A stretch of 64,000 nucleotides of DNA from positions 352,001-416,000 of the forward strand of contig CAVSHB010000001.1 in the NCBI GenBank assembly GCA_963727775.1, read 5' to 3'. The DNA comes from an uncultured Nitrospiraceae bacterium. GTDB lineage: Bacteria; Nitrospirota; Thermodesulfovibrionia; Thermodesulfovibrionales; SM23-35. Every line of letters begins with the position of its first letter. Position 1 is the first letter of the stretch. The notes beneath the pieces are model-generated. The model did not search any database and had not been told where the DNA came from. It saw only the letters and a program-made list of their open reading frames with translations. The position numbers and the translations under genes were made by a program. Shown here piece by piece: positions 1-8,148 of this stretch.

Positions 1-2
1 CC

Positions 3-479
3 GAGCCTGAAGAACCCCATATAATGGACCGGCCGCCGCGTAATTTACTGGAGCCTCTGTTTGAAAAACGAATCATCGTATTCAGCGTGCTGCAGGGGTT
101 AGGTGTATTGCTTGTTGTTTTGGCTGTTTTTCTCATTGCGATGTATAGGGGACAAAGCGAACAGGATGCCCGCGCCCTCAGCTTTACCACGCTTATTGTT
201 GCGAATCTCGGCTTAATATTAACGAACCGCTCATGGTCACGTACTATAATAAATACCCTGCATCAGCCTAATACCGCGCTTTGGGGAGTATTAGGCGGAG
301 CATTGTTTTTTTTGTGCATGGTACTCTACATCCCGTTTTTGAGAGAAATGTTTCATTTCAGCCGGCTGCATGTTGTTGACCTGGCTATCTGTTTTTCTGC
401 GGGGATTATAAGTATTATTTGGTTTGAAGGCTTTAAGATGATGAATAGCCGTCAAAATAAAATATCTTTTAAGAGCTGA
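3..479 (+). CDS. Cation-transporting P-type ATPase, C-terminal part (5' truncated by window)
   Basis: Frame is open from position 3: EPEEPHIMDRPPR followed by hydrophobic helices and 'ARALSFTTL..NL..ILTNRS', typical of the Cation_ATPase_C region. Confidence 0.85.
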   Translation, partial: EPEEPHIMDRPPRNLLEPLFEKRIIVFSVLQGLGVLLVVLAVFLIAMYRGQSEQDARALSFTTLIVANLGLILTNRSWSRTIINTLHQPNTALWGVLGGALFFLCMVLYIPFLREMFHFSRLHVVDLAICFSAGIISIIWFEGFKMMNSRQNKISFKS

Positions 480-486
480 ATATAAA

Positions 487-1056
487 ATGATGTCACTCGA
501 GGCATTGGTAACAACATATGGTTATTGGGCGTTGCTTATCGGGACGTTCTTTGAAGGAGAGACGATACTAATTATAGGAGGGCTCACAGCGCACCTGGGT
601 TACCTTGATTTGCGGATTGTAATACTGGTTGCATTTATCGGGAGTTTTTCGGGAGATCAATTCTATTTTTTCCTCGGGCGTTTTAAAGGCCCGGTCCTCC
701 TGTTAAAACATCCTGAATGGCATAAGCGTGTGAGTAAAGTCCATCAACTCATCGAGAGGTATCATGACTTCATAATGCTGGGGTTCAGGTTTGTATACGG
801 GATTCGTATTTTGACCCCTATCGTACTTGCAATGAACAAACGCGTCAGAACAAGCCGTTTTGTCATATTCAATGCCATCGGCGCCGTAATATGGTCAGTC
901 GGAGTTGCAGGGGGAGGATATCTGTTCGGGCGTGCACTGGAAATTGTTCTCAAGGACATCAAACGCTATCAAATCGGTGTGATAGTGATAATTTCTATTG
1001 CAGGTACTGTGATTTGGATCATTCATAAGTACAGGGAGAGAAGGAAGGAACCGTAA
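487..1056 (+). CDS. DedA family membrane protein
   Basis: 'FFEGETILIIGG', 'GDQFYFFLGR', 'RFVYGIR', 'FVIFNAIGAVIW' DedA/SNARE_assoc motifs. Confidence 0.9.
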   Translation: MMSLEALVTTYGYWALLIGTFFEGETILIIGGLTAHLGYLDLRIVILVAFIGSFSGDQFYFFLGRFKGPVLLLKHPEWHKRVSKVHQLIERYHDFIMLGFRFVYGIRILTPIVLAMNKRVRTSRFVIFNAIGAVIWSVGVAGGGYLFGRALEIVLKDIKRYQIGVIVIISIAGTVIWIIHKYRERRKEP

Positions 1057-1105
1057 TTATCTTTTTTATAATTTCGATACTGCCATGCAATATCCCGCGC
1101 AACAA

Positions 1106-1861
1106 TTATTTCACTATGCGTTTTCTCATAAGTCTGAAAGGATAGGGGGCAAGCAGGGCGGCGACGACTAATACCCAAACTATATCCCATCCCGGCGCCG
1201 AAACTTTCCCGGACGCGAACCCTCTGCAAATGTTTACGAGGTGGTAGAGCGGTGTAAAAAAAGCTATCTTTACAACTACAGCCGGCAGATTGTCGAGCGG
1301 GAAGAAGATACCTGAAAAAAGGAACAGCGGGGTCATAAACAGCGTATAGAAATAATTAAAGGAATCTATACCGGGCACTATTGCGGTGAATATGACCGAT
1401 ATCTCGGCAAAGATAAGCCCGCTTATGAAAAGAATCGGGATGGCCAGGATTATCAATGGGGAATCAGCAAGTCCGAACACGGATATGACAATAATAATTA
1501 TCGTGCCGTAAAGTAGGCTCTTTGTTGCTCCCCATATGAGTTCGCCTGCCACAAGATCTCCGATATTGACAGGCGTTGCGAGTATCGCATCGAATGTCTT
1601 TTGATAAGTCATCCTTACATAGGTGCCATACGTGCATTCATAGATCACGGCAAACATTGAAGAAGACGCGATGATTCCCGGAGCTATGAATTTAACATAG
1701 GGCACGCCGTTTATTTCCTTTACAAATGCGCCGAGACCAAGCCCCATGGCTGCAAGGTACAGGACCGGTTCGACGAAATTTAGGGCGATACTTGACTTAT
1801 ACAGCTTTGTATAAACCGTTAGATGCCTCTGCCAGACCCTGAATGCACGCTTAATGTTCAT
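1106..1861 (-). CDS. ABC-2 type transporter permease (NodJ-like)
   Basis: Six-TM pattern, 'YVKFIAPGI', 'PLFLFSGIFFPL', 'TPLYH'; directly downstream of an ABC ATPase. Confidence 0.88.
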   Translation of the reverse strand: MNIKRAFRVWQRHLTVYTKLYKSSIALNFVEPVLYLAAMGLGLGAFVKEINGVPYVKFIAPGIIASSSMFAVIYECTYGTYVRMTYQKTFDAILATPVNIGDLVAGELIWGATKSLLYGTIIIIVISVFGLADSPLIILAIPILFISGLIFAEISVIFTAIVPGIDSFNYFYTLFMTPLFLFSGIFFPLDNLPAVVVKIAFFTPLYHLVNICRGFASGKVSAPGWDIVWVLVVAALLAPYPFRLMRKRIVK

Positions 1862-1871
1862 AAGTATTCCC

Positions 1872-2603
1872 TCAGTCCTTAAGCGCCTTGCCTGTTAATT
1901 TTAGATACACCTCTTCCAAATCCCCTCCGTGAAGACCCATGAGGTTCGATGGAGTATCTATAGTTATTATCTTTCCTGAATCCATGATCGCCACCCTGTC
2001 GCAGAGGATTTCGGCTTCCTCCATATAATGAGTGGTGAGGACCAGTGTTGTATTTTTTGCTTTGAGACGGTCCAGCTTGTCCCATACGGAACGCCTGCTG
2101 TGCGGGTCGAGTCCGGTGGTCGGCTCATCAAGTATCATGAGCTCGGGATTATTGATCAATGACCGCGCCAGTATCAGCCTCCTCTTCATTCCTCCCGAGA
2201 GGCTGCCGATCTTCACATTTGCTTTTTCCTTCATTTCAACAAAATCGAGAAGTTCCCACGCCAAAGGCGAGGAAACCTTTTTCGGGATATCGAAGTACCG
2301 CGCATATACAATGAGGTTTTCAAGGACATTTAGATCCGGATCGAGATTGTCGTCCTGCGGCATGACGCCTATCCTTGCTTTAATCCGGCCCGGGTCTTCA
2401 ACGACGTTTATCCCGAATACCCTCAGGTCCCCGGATGTCGGAGGCATAAAGCAATATATGGTGCGCATTACCGTAGTCTTTCCGGCACCATTCGGTCCCA
2501 GAAACCCAAAACATTCTCCACTGAAAATTTCGAAATCCACTGCATTCACAGCTCTGAAGGAATCATAATCTTTGGTCAGTGCCTTTGCGCTTACTATGGT
2601 CAT
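1872..2603 (-). CDS. ABC transporter ATP-binding protein (NodI-like)
   Basis: Walker A GPNGAGKTT, signature LSGGMKRR, Walker B ILDEPTTGLD; start placed at MTIVSAK (2603), just after a -35/-10 promoter. Confidence 0.9.
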   Translation of the reverse strand: MTIVSAKALTKDYDSFRAVNAVDFEIFSGECFGFLGPNGAGKTTVMRTIYCFMPPTSGDLRVFGINVVEDPGRIKARIGVMPQDDNLDPDLNVLENLIVYARYFDIPKKVSSPLAWELLDFVEMKEKANVKIGSLSGGMKRRLILARSLINNPELMILDEPTTGLDPHSRRSVWDKLDRLKAKNTTLVLTTHYMEEAEILCDRVAIMDSGKIITIDTPSNLMGLHGGDLEEVYLKLTGKALKD

Positions 2604-2609
2604 AGAACC

Positions 2610-2638
2610 ATTATAGTCATGCCCGGACCCTTTATCAA
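2610..2638 (-). promoter_or_regulatory. Sigma70-type promoter of the nodI/nodJ-like operon (probably leaderless)
   Basis: TTGATA-N17-TATAAT-N6-ATG on the minus strand; no Shine-Dalgarno. Confidence 0.65.
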
Positions 2639-2702
2639 TTCGGTGTATAATTTGCAATCTTTTTCTATCGGAATAAGAAGTATTTGCACCGGGATATAAT
2701 TA

Positions 2703-2797
2703 ATGCTGAAGGAAGGTTGTTGTGTGCCGGTAATTCATGCCGTTCCCAGATGGCGGAAGAGTTTGCTCTGGAAATCGGCAAGGCTGCTTGCTCAGCT
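2703..2797 (+). pseudogene. arsC: Remnant of arsenate reductase ArsC (LMW-PTP family), N-terminus only
   Basis: Frame from 2717 reads LLCAGNSCRSQMAEEFALEIGK, the CX5R P-loop 'CxGNSCRSQMAE'; it is out of frame with ATG 2703 and similarity is lost after about 30 codons. Confidence 0.75.
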
Positions 2798-2993
2798 AAA
2801 CTTTTCTTAATACTTTTGACAAGAATATAGGGCAATTGTCGTAGTTGTCTGTTCCGCAGCAATTGTCCCTTTTCTGGTTATCGATTGCCATTGATGAGAA
2901 TGAGGCCATACATACATTAATGCCGTTGTATGGACATACCGTCTCGTGGCTACCGTATCTTGCTTGCTCTTGATGACCTGTGTAGATATTCAT
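2796..2993 (-). CDS. Small Cys-rich hypothetical protein (65 aa)
   Basis: Strong RBS AAAGGAGG before ATG 2993; CPY..C....CC......CPIF; has its own Pho-box-like promoter. Confidence 0.7.
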   Translation of the reverse strand: MNIYTGHQEQARYGSHETVCPYNGINVCMASFSSMAIDNQKRDNCCGTDNYDNCPIFLSKVLRKV

Positions 2994-3012
2994 ATCCACC
3001 TCCTTTGTTAAG

Positions 3013-3056
3013 ACTTTATCAAAAGGATATTACATGATTATGAAAGAAAGGTTAAA
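3013..3056 (-). promoter_or_regulatory. Pho-box-like array 1 plus -10
   Basis: Minus strand TTTAAC-N5-TTTCAT-N5-TGTAAT-N10-TAAAGT (11-bp period). Confidence 0.75.
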
Positions 3057-3098
3057 TTTTGAATTGAAAAGAAGAAGATTACCAGCATGTTTGACAAG

Positions 3099-4331
3099 TT
3101 ATTGAGGCATGTAGTAAGCAAGTCTGGCTTTTATGCTGTTTGCGAATCTATATCTCCATGATAATATGCCGGTCTCAGGACATGGCGACAGCATTGAATC
3201 CTTGCCGATTATGTATCTGTTTCCTCTCCATACAACCGTGGTAGACAATATAGGCGCAAACCAGATCAGACCGATAATGATGTCTTTGACCGGTGATAAG
3301 AAATACAGCAGGAAGCTCATTTTTGTTTTTATCTTTTTGCCGATATAGAAATCGCCCAATATTTTTATCGAGCTTACACCTGCCGCAAAAACCAATGTTA
3401 TCCTGGATGGCTCCCATAGAAATATCGGGAGAACAGACATAAACACGGCATTACTGAACAGTTCGGAAAAATACCTGATGCCGCCGATTTTCCATCTTAG
3501 CTTTCCCCATCTCGTATGCCTGTTGATGAATTTCCTTATGCCCCAATATTCGTTCACATTCTTGATAATATGATTGGACAAAATAACCTTCTTCCCCATT
3601 TTATGCATCTTTTGCCCGATCAGGTAATCTTCGGCAAGTACGTCTTTTACCGCTTTAAATCCGCCGATGGCTTCAAAGTCCTGTTTTTTCATAAGCATGG
3701 ATTTTCCAACAACACAGGGCATTTTAAGGAGTTTGTCCAGAAGGCAGACGCCGCCCAGAACAAAAGAATTCAGGTGCAGGTTCTCAAAGATCGAGCCAAA
3801 AGTGCGGCCTCCCGTCCCTTTTATCATATTGCTTACCAATCCTACTTCAGGATCTCGCATAGTGCTAACGATCTCCCGCAGGTAATTCTTATCAACAATG
3901 ACATTGCTGTCACTTATAAGAATATGCTCAAACCTCGCAATTTTGTATGCGGGGATAAGATTGTTGACTTTCGGATTAAGGCCGGCGTTGCATCGTTCCA
4001 CTATGATGGTAATATCCTTATCAGGATATTTGTCTTTTATCTTCCTTGCCACCTTATACGCGGGGTCATTTTGGTCCCGGAGTGAAAATATGACCTCATA
4101 TTCAGGATAATCCTGCATACAGATACTTGCAAGGTTATCGAATAGATTATCATCAAGTCCTTTGAGAGGTTTAAGGATAGAAACACCGGTCGGAGGCAAA
4201 GGTACATCTGTGCTTTCCTCTCCTCTGTTTTTACATTTTCCCTGCAGTGTTGCCCGGACCGCCCATATCTGAAGTCCATACCCGATAAGTCCCAGTGCGG
4301 CTACGCCCGCAAAAATCAAAAATATCTCCAT
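3099..4331 (-). CDS. GT21/GT2 glycosyltransferase, ceramide glucosyltransferase / HpnI-like
   Basis: N-terminal TM, 'VSILKPLKGLD', 'NPKVNNL', 'ISDSN', 'LAEDY', 'RHTRW' (QxxRW equivalent), 'VVWRGNRY'. Confidence 0.85.
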   Translation of the reverse strand: MEIFLIFAGVAALGLIGYGLQIWAVRATLQGKCKNRGEESTDVPLPPTGVSILKPLKGLDDNLFDNLASICMQDYPEYEVIFSLRDQNDPAYKVARKIKDKYPDKDITIIVERCNAGLNPKVNNLIPAYKIARFEHILISDSNVIVDKNYLREIVSTMRDPEVGLVSNMIKGTGGRTFGSIFENLHLNSFVLGGVCLLDKLLKMPCVVGKSMLMKKQDFEAIGGFKAVKDVLAEDYLIGQKMHKMGKKVILSNHIIKNVNEYWGIRKFINRHTRWGKLRWKIGGIRYFSELFSNAVFMSVLPIFLWEPSRITLVFAAGVSSIKILGDFYIGKKIKTKMSFLLYFLSPVKDIIIGLIWFAPILSTTVVWRGNRYIIGKDSMLSPCPETGILSWRYRFANSIKARLAYYMPQ

Positions 4332-4344
4332 CTGTTCTCCTTTC

Positions 4345-5037
4345 TTAATTTCTAAATAAAGTTATCGCGACGCCCTTGTTATGCCTGATACACTGTTTTA
4401 TTGAACCAATATCTTTTTCGCAATTCAGCAGGGTCTTCCATGAATAAACATGCCGCGGCCTGTGGAAATCACTGTTTGCGATATAGGGATACTTCTTCAG
4501 GCTTATCACATTGAACACATCATCTCTATTGGCAATCTCCCAGGCATCGATGTATTTGGCATACTTTTCCCTGTTATTCCACAGGAAGAGCGTGTCACGT
4601 ACGGCCATTTCCGAACTGTAGTGCGGATGACAGGCGATGATCAGTGCATCCTGCTGTTTAGCTTCAAGGAATATCTTTTCATAATCCCAGCAAGCAGGTA
4701 TAAACTTCCTTATGTTGAGTATGAGGATATGAGCGGACTTATCAGAAGTGAGGTGGTTTTTGGTAATCTCAACTCCCGGGATTACGAGCATTTGATATTT
4801 GTCCCACGCCCTTTCGGCTTCCCGCCCGACATGAGACATGTAGTCGTTGAAATTGTCCTCCGTGACCGAGAATCTGAAACGGTTTGCGAGTTTTCCGAAT
4901 GAATTGTCTCCGCTCACTACGTGGTCGGTTATGGCGATAACATCAAAACCGGCCTGTCCGAAGAGGTCAACTGCCCTTCTCAACTCTACCGAGCCGTCAG
5001 AGTACTTCGTGTGAATATGAAAATCACACAGTAACAT
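4345..5037 (-). CDS. PHP-domain metal-dependent phosphoesterase
   Basis: 'DFHIHTKYSDG', 'AITDH', 'PGVEI', 'CHPH', 'ANSDFH' PHP metal ligands. Confidence 0.88.
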   Translation of the reverse strand: MLLCDFHIHTKYSDGSVELRRAVDLFGQAGFDVIAITDHVVSGDNSFGKLANRFRFSVTEDNFNDYMSHVGREAERAWDKYQMLVIPGVEITKNHLTSDKSAHILILNIRKFIPACWDYEKIFLEAKQQDALIIACHPHYSSEMAVRDTLFLWNNREKYAKYIDAWEIANRDDVFNVISLKKYPYIANSDFHRPRHVYSWKTLLNCEKDIGSIKQCIRHNKGVAITLFRN

Positions 5038-5044
5038 TAATAAG

Positions 5045-5099
5045 ATTATAAATTTTATTAATTACAGGATTATGAAAAGAAGGTTAATATTCTGTTAAA
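5045..5099 (-). promoter_or_regulatory. Pho-box-like array 2 plus -10 (PHP-GT21 operon; probably leaderless)
   Basis: TTTAAC-N5-ATTAAC-N5-TTTCAT-N5-TGTAAT-N10-TATAAT-N7-ATG. Confidence 0.8.
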
Positions 5100-5116
5100 A
5101 ACTGATAATTTCAGAC

Positions 5117-5521
5117 TTATGAAAGGCTTAAATAAAAAGCTACCTTTTCCGTCAGATCAAAAACATTGCCATTTTCCGTCAGATCAAAAACATTGCCCTT
5201 GCATATATATCCATGCACTCCGGACTCAACCACAGCCGTTCTCAGGCTGTCTTCATCGTTGGAGGAATGAAAAACAACAGGTATATGTTTTGTGCCGCCG
5301 TTTGTCAGGATCATACCGGACAGTTTGATGCCTGAGAGGCAAGGCATATTAATATCCAGAAGGACAAGATCCGGCTGAATTGTTTTTACGAGATTTGTTG
5401 TGCCGACCCACATATGGTGTGTAAACACCTCATATCCTTCATTCTCCAATATTTCTTTTACAGTGACGAGAAGGTTTGTGTCATCGTCGACGACAAGTAT
5501 CTTTTTCTTAGTTTTCTCCAT
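5117..5521 (-). CDS. Single-domain response regulator (receiver)
   Basis: 'ILVVDDD', 'PDLVLLDINMP', 'GYICK'; overlaps the stop of the upstream kinase. Confidence 0.88.
   Translation of the reverse strand: MEKTKKKILVVDDDTNLLVTVKEILENEGYEVFTHHMWVGTTNLVKTIQPDLVLLDINMPCLSGIKLSGMILTNGGTKHIPVVFHSSNDEDSLRTAVVESGVHGYICKGNVFDLTENGNVFDLTEKVAFYLSLS
5145..5197. repeat. 27-bp in-frame tandem duplication in the receiver gene
   Basis: ttttccgtcagatcaaaaacattgcc at 5145-5170 and 5172-5197; encodes GNVFDLTEN-GNVFDLTEK. Confidence 0.9.
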
Positions 5522-6707
5522 ATGTTTCCTCCATGCTCGCCGCCGGTTTTAAAGGCAATGAGACTTCAAACGTTGTACCTTTACCGAATATGCTCGATAC
5601 ACTGATGCTGCCCCCCAGGATGTCCGTAAGGTTTTTGCAGATTGAAAGGCCGAGCCCCGTCCCTTCGTGTCTTTTGGTCATCGTATCTTCCAGCTGGCTG
5701 AAAGCAGTGAAGAGTTTTTCGAGGTCCTCTTCTCTTATCCCGGGGCCGGTATCACTGACGGATATCCTCAATTTGTCTGCGCCGTTAAAGAGGTACAAAA
5801 TAATCACACCGTTGTCGGTAAATTTCGCGGCATTACTCGTAAGATTGATCAATATCTGGCGGACCTTAATCGGATCGGACAGGAAAAACAGAGGGCCGTC
5901 ATGAGCAACTACTTGAACACTGACAGGCTTGTTACCCAAAAGAACACGGGTATTTTCAGCAACTTCACGGAGCAGCGCTCCCATATCGAAATATTCATTA
6001 AGAACTTCCATCTTGCCCGCCTCGATTTTCGATAGGTCGAGGATGTTTGTCACGATGGTCCTGAGATTGGTTGCACTTGACATCATAAGTGCAAGGCGGT
6101 CTTTCATCTGCCCTATGGCCCCTTTCTCATGAGACACTTTCAAGAGTTCGGTCAGCATAATAATCGCATTTACCGGAGACCGGAGTTCATGGGTAACGTG
6201 AGCGATAAACTGGGATTTCATCTCGCTCATCTTTTCGAGTTCCTTTGCCTTTGCGTGGACCAGTTCTTTTTGCATAATGCTGTTGGCCAGCACGTTGCTC
6301 TGTTGGACTACCATCTGCTTTACCGACAAAAGTCCTTTGTAGCGACCATCATCATCTACCACGATGATATCATCGTAAATGTCATGCGACGGTCTCTCCA
6401 GCGCCCTGTCCATGGCAATATCAAGTCTTTCCCGTTCGTTAAATACAAGCGGAGACGTGTCTGCGATTGCACTGATCGGCTTTTTCCCGTAGACTTCAAA
6501 TCCGTATCGTTTAAATACAGTCAAAAAGAGTTTCGGCCTCGTGATAAGTCCTTCGACATTCTTGTCTTTGACCAAAGCCAAGGCCTCGATATTTGAATCC
6601 TGGAAAAATCTGTCTGTAACATCTTTGACAGGCACATCCGGCGAAATATATTTGTTTGAAGTAATAAGCTTGCCGACTACCGATGATTCTGAATCAGATA
6701 CTGACAT
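5508..6707 (-). CDS. Cytoplasmic histidine kinase with N-terminal CBS-pair
   Basis: CBS-like 'DIIVVDDDGRYKGLLSVK'; H-box 'THELRSP', N-box 'QILINLTSNAAKFT', G1 'DTGPGI', G2 'GTGLGL'; RBS GGAGG; no TM. Confidence 0.85.
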   Translation of the reverse strand: MSVSDSESSVVGKLITSNKYISPDVPVKDVTDRFFQDSNIEALALVKDKNVEGLITRPKLFLTVFKRYGFEVYGKKPISAIADTSPLVFNERERLDIAMDRALERPSHDIYDDIIVVDDDGRYKGLLSVKQMVVQQSNVLANSIMQKELVHAKAKELEKMSEMKSQFIAHVTHELRSPVNAIIMLTELLKVSHEKGAIGQMKDRLALMMSSATNLRTIVTNILDLSKIEAGKMEVLNEYFDMGALLREVAENTRVLLGNKPVSVQVVAHDGPLFFLSDPIKVRQILINLTSNAAKFTDNGVIILYLFNGADKLRISVSDTGPGIREEDLEKLFTAFSQLEDTMTKRHEGTGLGLSICKNLTDILGGSISVSSIFGKGTTFEVSLPLKPAASMEETYGEN

Positions 6708-6763
6708 GTATTATCCTCCTCGGCGACGAAATTATCTTAATTACCTCGGCAGTGTTGAACAAT

Positions 6764-6819
6764 ACTATAAAGTTTTTTTAATTACAGGATTATTAAGGTA
6801 AGATTAAATGTCTGTTAAA
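6764..6819 (-). promoter_or_regulatory. Pho-box-like array 3 plus -10 (CBS-kinase/receiver operon)
   Basis: TTTAAC-N5-TTTAAT-N5-CTTAAT-N5-TGTAAT-N11-TATAGT; the distal repeat overlaps the GH1 stop codon. Confidence 0.75.
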
Positions 6820-8059
6820 ATGAAGACCTGCTTTTTATAAGATATGAATAATATGTTGCGGCATCGGTCGGCTTGCGTTCGAGTGTCTCAAAATCCACCT
6901 TATAAAGTCCGAAGCGGGCGTCGAGACCCTGAAGCCATTCATAATTGTCGATCAGCGACCAGTAGAAATAGCCTTTCACATCTATCCCGTTTCGTATGCA
7001 TTTTTCAACAACATCGATATGCGCTTTCATAAATTTTATCTTCTTCCTGTCATTGCGGGTTGCGATCCCGTTTTCGGTGATGATTAACGGGACATTGAGC
7101 TTTGACGCATATCTCAGCACTTTTTCAAGACCGCGGGGGTGTATTTCCCAACCCATATCAGTCAGTCCATATCCGTCGATGTCCCGGTGTCTCAGTTCGA
7201 TCCCCATTTTTTTGAAAGGGTTGAACCTTATATGGACCCTCGTGTAATAGTTGACGCCGAAGAAATCCAGCTTGCCCTTTATCGGAGCGGCAATTTCTAT
7301 GGCCTTACTGAATGGAAATTTTACACGCAAAGAGCCTGTGATAAACGCGTCAAGGAGCGAGTGATTGTAAAAGTATTTTGCGATCTTCGAAAGCAGTCTG
7401 TCGAGCGGGTTCCATCTATGCCATGGCGCCAGAGCAGCCATATTATGCGCCACGCTTACCAGTGCATCCGGTATGTTAGAATGGATAAAGTCATATGCTT
7501 TCCCGTGACATACGAGAATATTTTCCAAGGCCTTTATTGCAAATGCAGCATCTCTAATGCCCGGCGGCATGCATCCTTCAAGATATCCGCCTAATATAAG
7601 CACATACGGCTCATTAAAAGTTATCCAGTAACGGACTCCTTTTATTGTGGAGACGATCTTTTCAGTATATGCCAAAAACTTTTCGATAGATGCGTCTTCA
7701 TGCCAGGGATATTTTTTGATGAACCATAGCGGATGTGTGAAGTGATGCAGCGTAATCATGGGTTCTATATTATTTTCGGTCAGTATGTCCACTATTTCCT
7801 GATAATGCGCTATCGCTACGGTATCCCAAAGATTTTCCTTCGGTTGTATACGACTCCATTCAATCGAAAACCGGTACGCGTTTACTCCGAGATCTTTCAG
7901 GAGATTCAGGTCTTTTTTGTAGAGATAATAATGGTTTGTTACATCAGGGTTTGCATCCAGTATAGAGTCCCAGGACGTCCAGTCCGCATAGGGAGAGCCT
8001 TCGAGCTGGAAGGCGGACGTTGCAACACCCCAGAGGAAAGGATCTTTTCTTGTCGACAT
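6815..8059 (-). CDS. Glycoside hydrolase family 1 (beta-glucosidase-like)
   Basis: 'FLWGVATSAFQLEG', 'YRFSIEWSRI', acid/base 'TFNEP', nucleophile 'ITENG', 'WSLIDNYEW'. Confidence 0.93.
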   Translation of the reverse strand: MSTRKDPFLWGVATSAFQLEGSPYADWTSWDSILDANPDVTNHYYLYKKDLNLLKDLGVNAYRFSIEWSRIQPKENLWDTVAIAHYQEIVDILTENNIEPMITLHHFTHPLWFIKKYPWHEDASIEKFLAYTEKIVSTIKGVRYWITFNEPYVLILGGYLEGCMPPGIRDAAFAIKALENILVCHGKAYDFIHSNIPDALVSVAHNMAALAPWHRWNPLDRLLSKIAKYFYNHSLLDAFITGSLRVKFPFSKAIEIAAPIKGKLDFFGVNYYTRVHIRFNPFKKMGIELRHRDIDGYGLTDMGWEIHPRGLEKVLRYASKLNVPLIITENGIATRNDRKKIKFMKAHIDVVEKCIRNGIDVKGYFYWSLIDNYEWLQGLDARFGLYKVDFETLERKPTDAATYYSYLIKSRSSF

Positions 8060-8086
8060 TAATTTGTTTAACCGTGCCTTTCTAAT

Positions 8087-8118
8087 AAAAAAAGCCCTCC
8101 CGGGAAGGGGGGGAGGGC
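8087..8118 (-). terminator. Intrinsic terminator after the porin gene
   Basis: GCCCTCCC-loop-GGGAGGGC stem followed by T7 on the minus strand. Confidence 0.75.
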
Positions 8119-8148
8119 GAAGGGAAAGCAGTGCTTTTTATCTGGTAA

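Noticed and set aside
1106..2603. nodI/nodJ as evidence of Nod-factor export
   Set aside because: No nodABC genes here; NodIJ-like ABC-2 exporters are widespread, and this operon has an ordinary -35/-10 promoter rather than the Pho array
8060..8148. Pho box directly upstream of the GH1 gene
   Set aside because: Not present; only the porin terminator lies here, so GH1 membership of the regulon rests on position or read-through only
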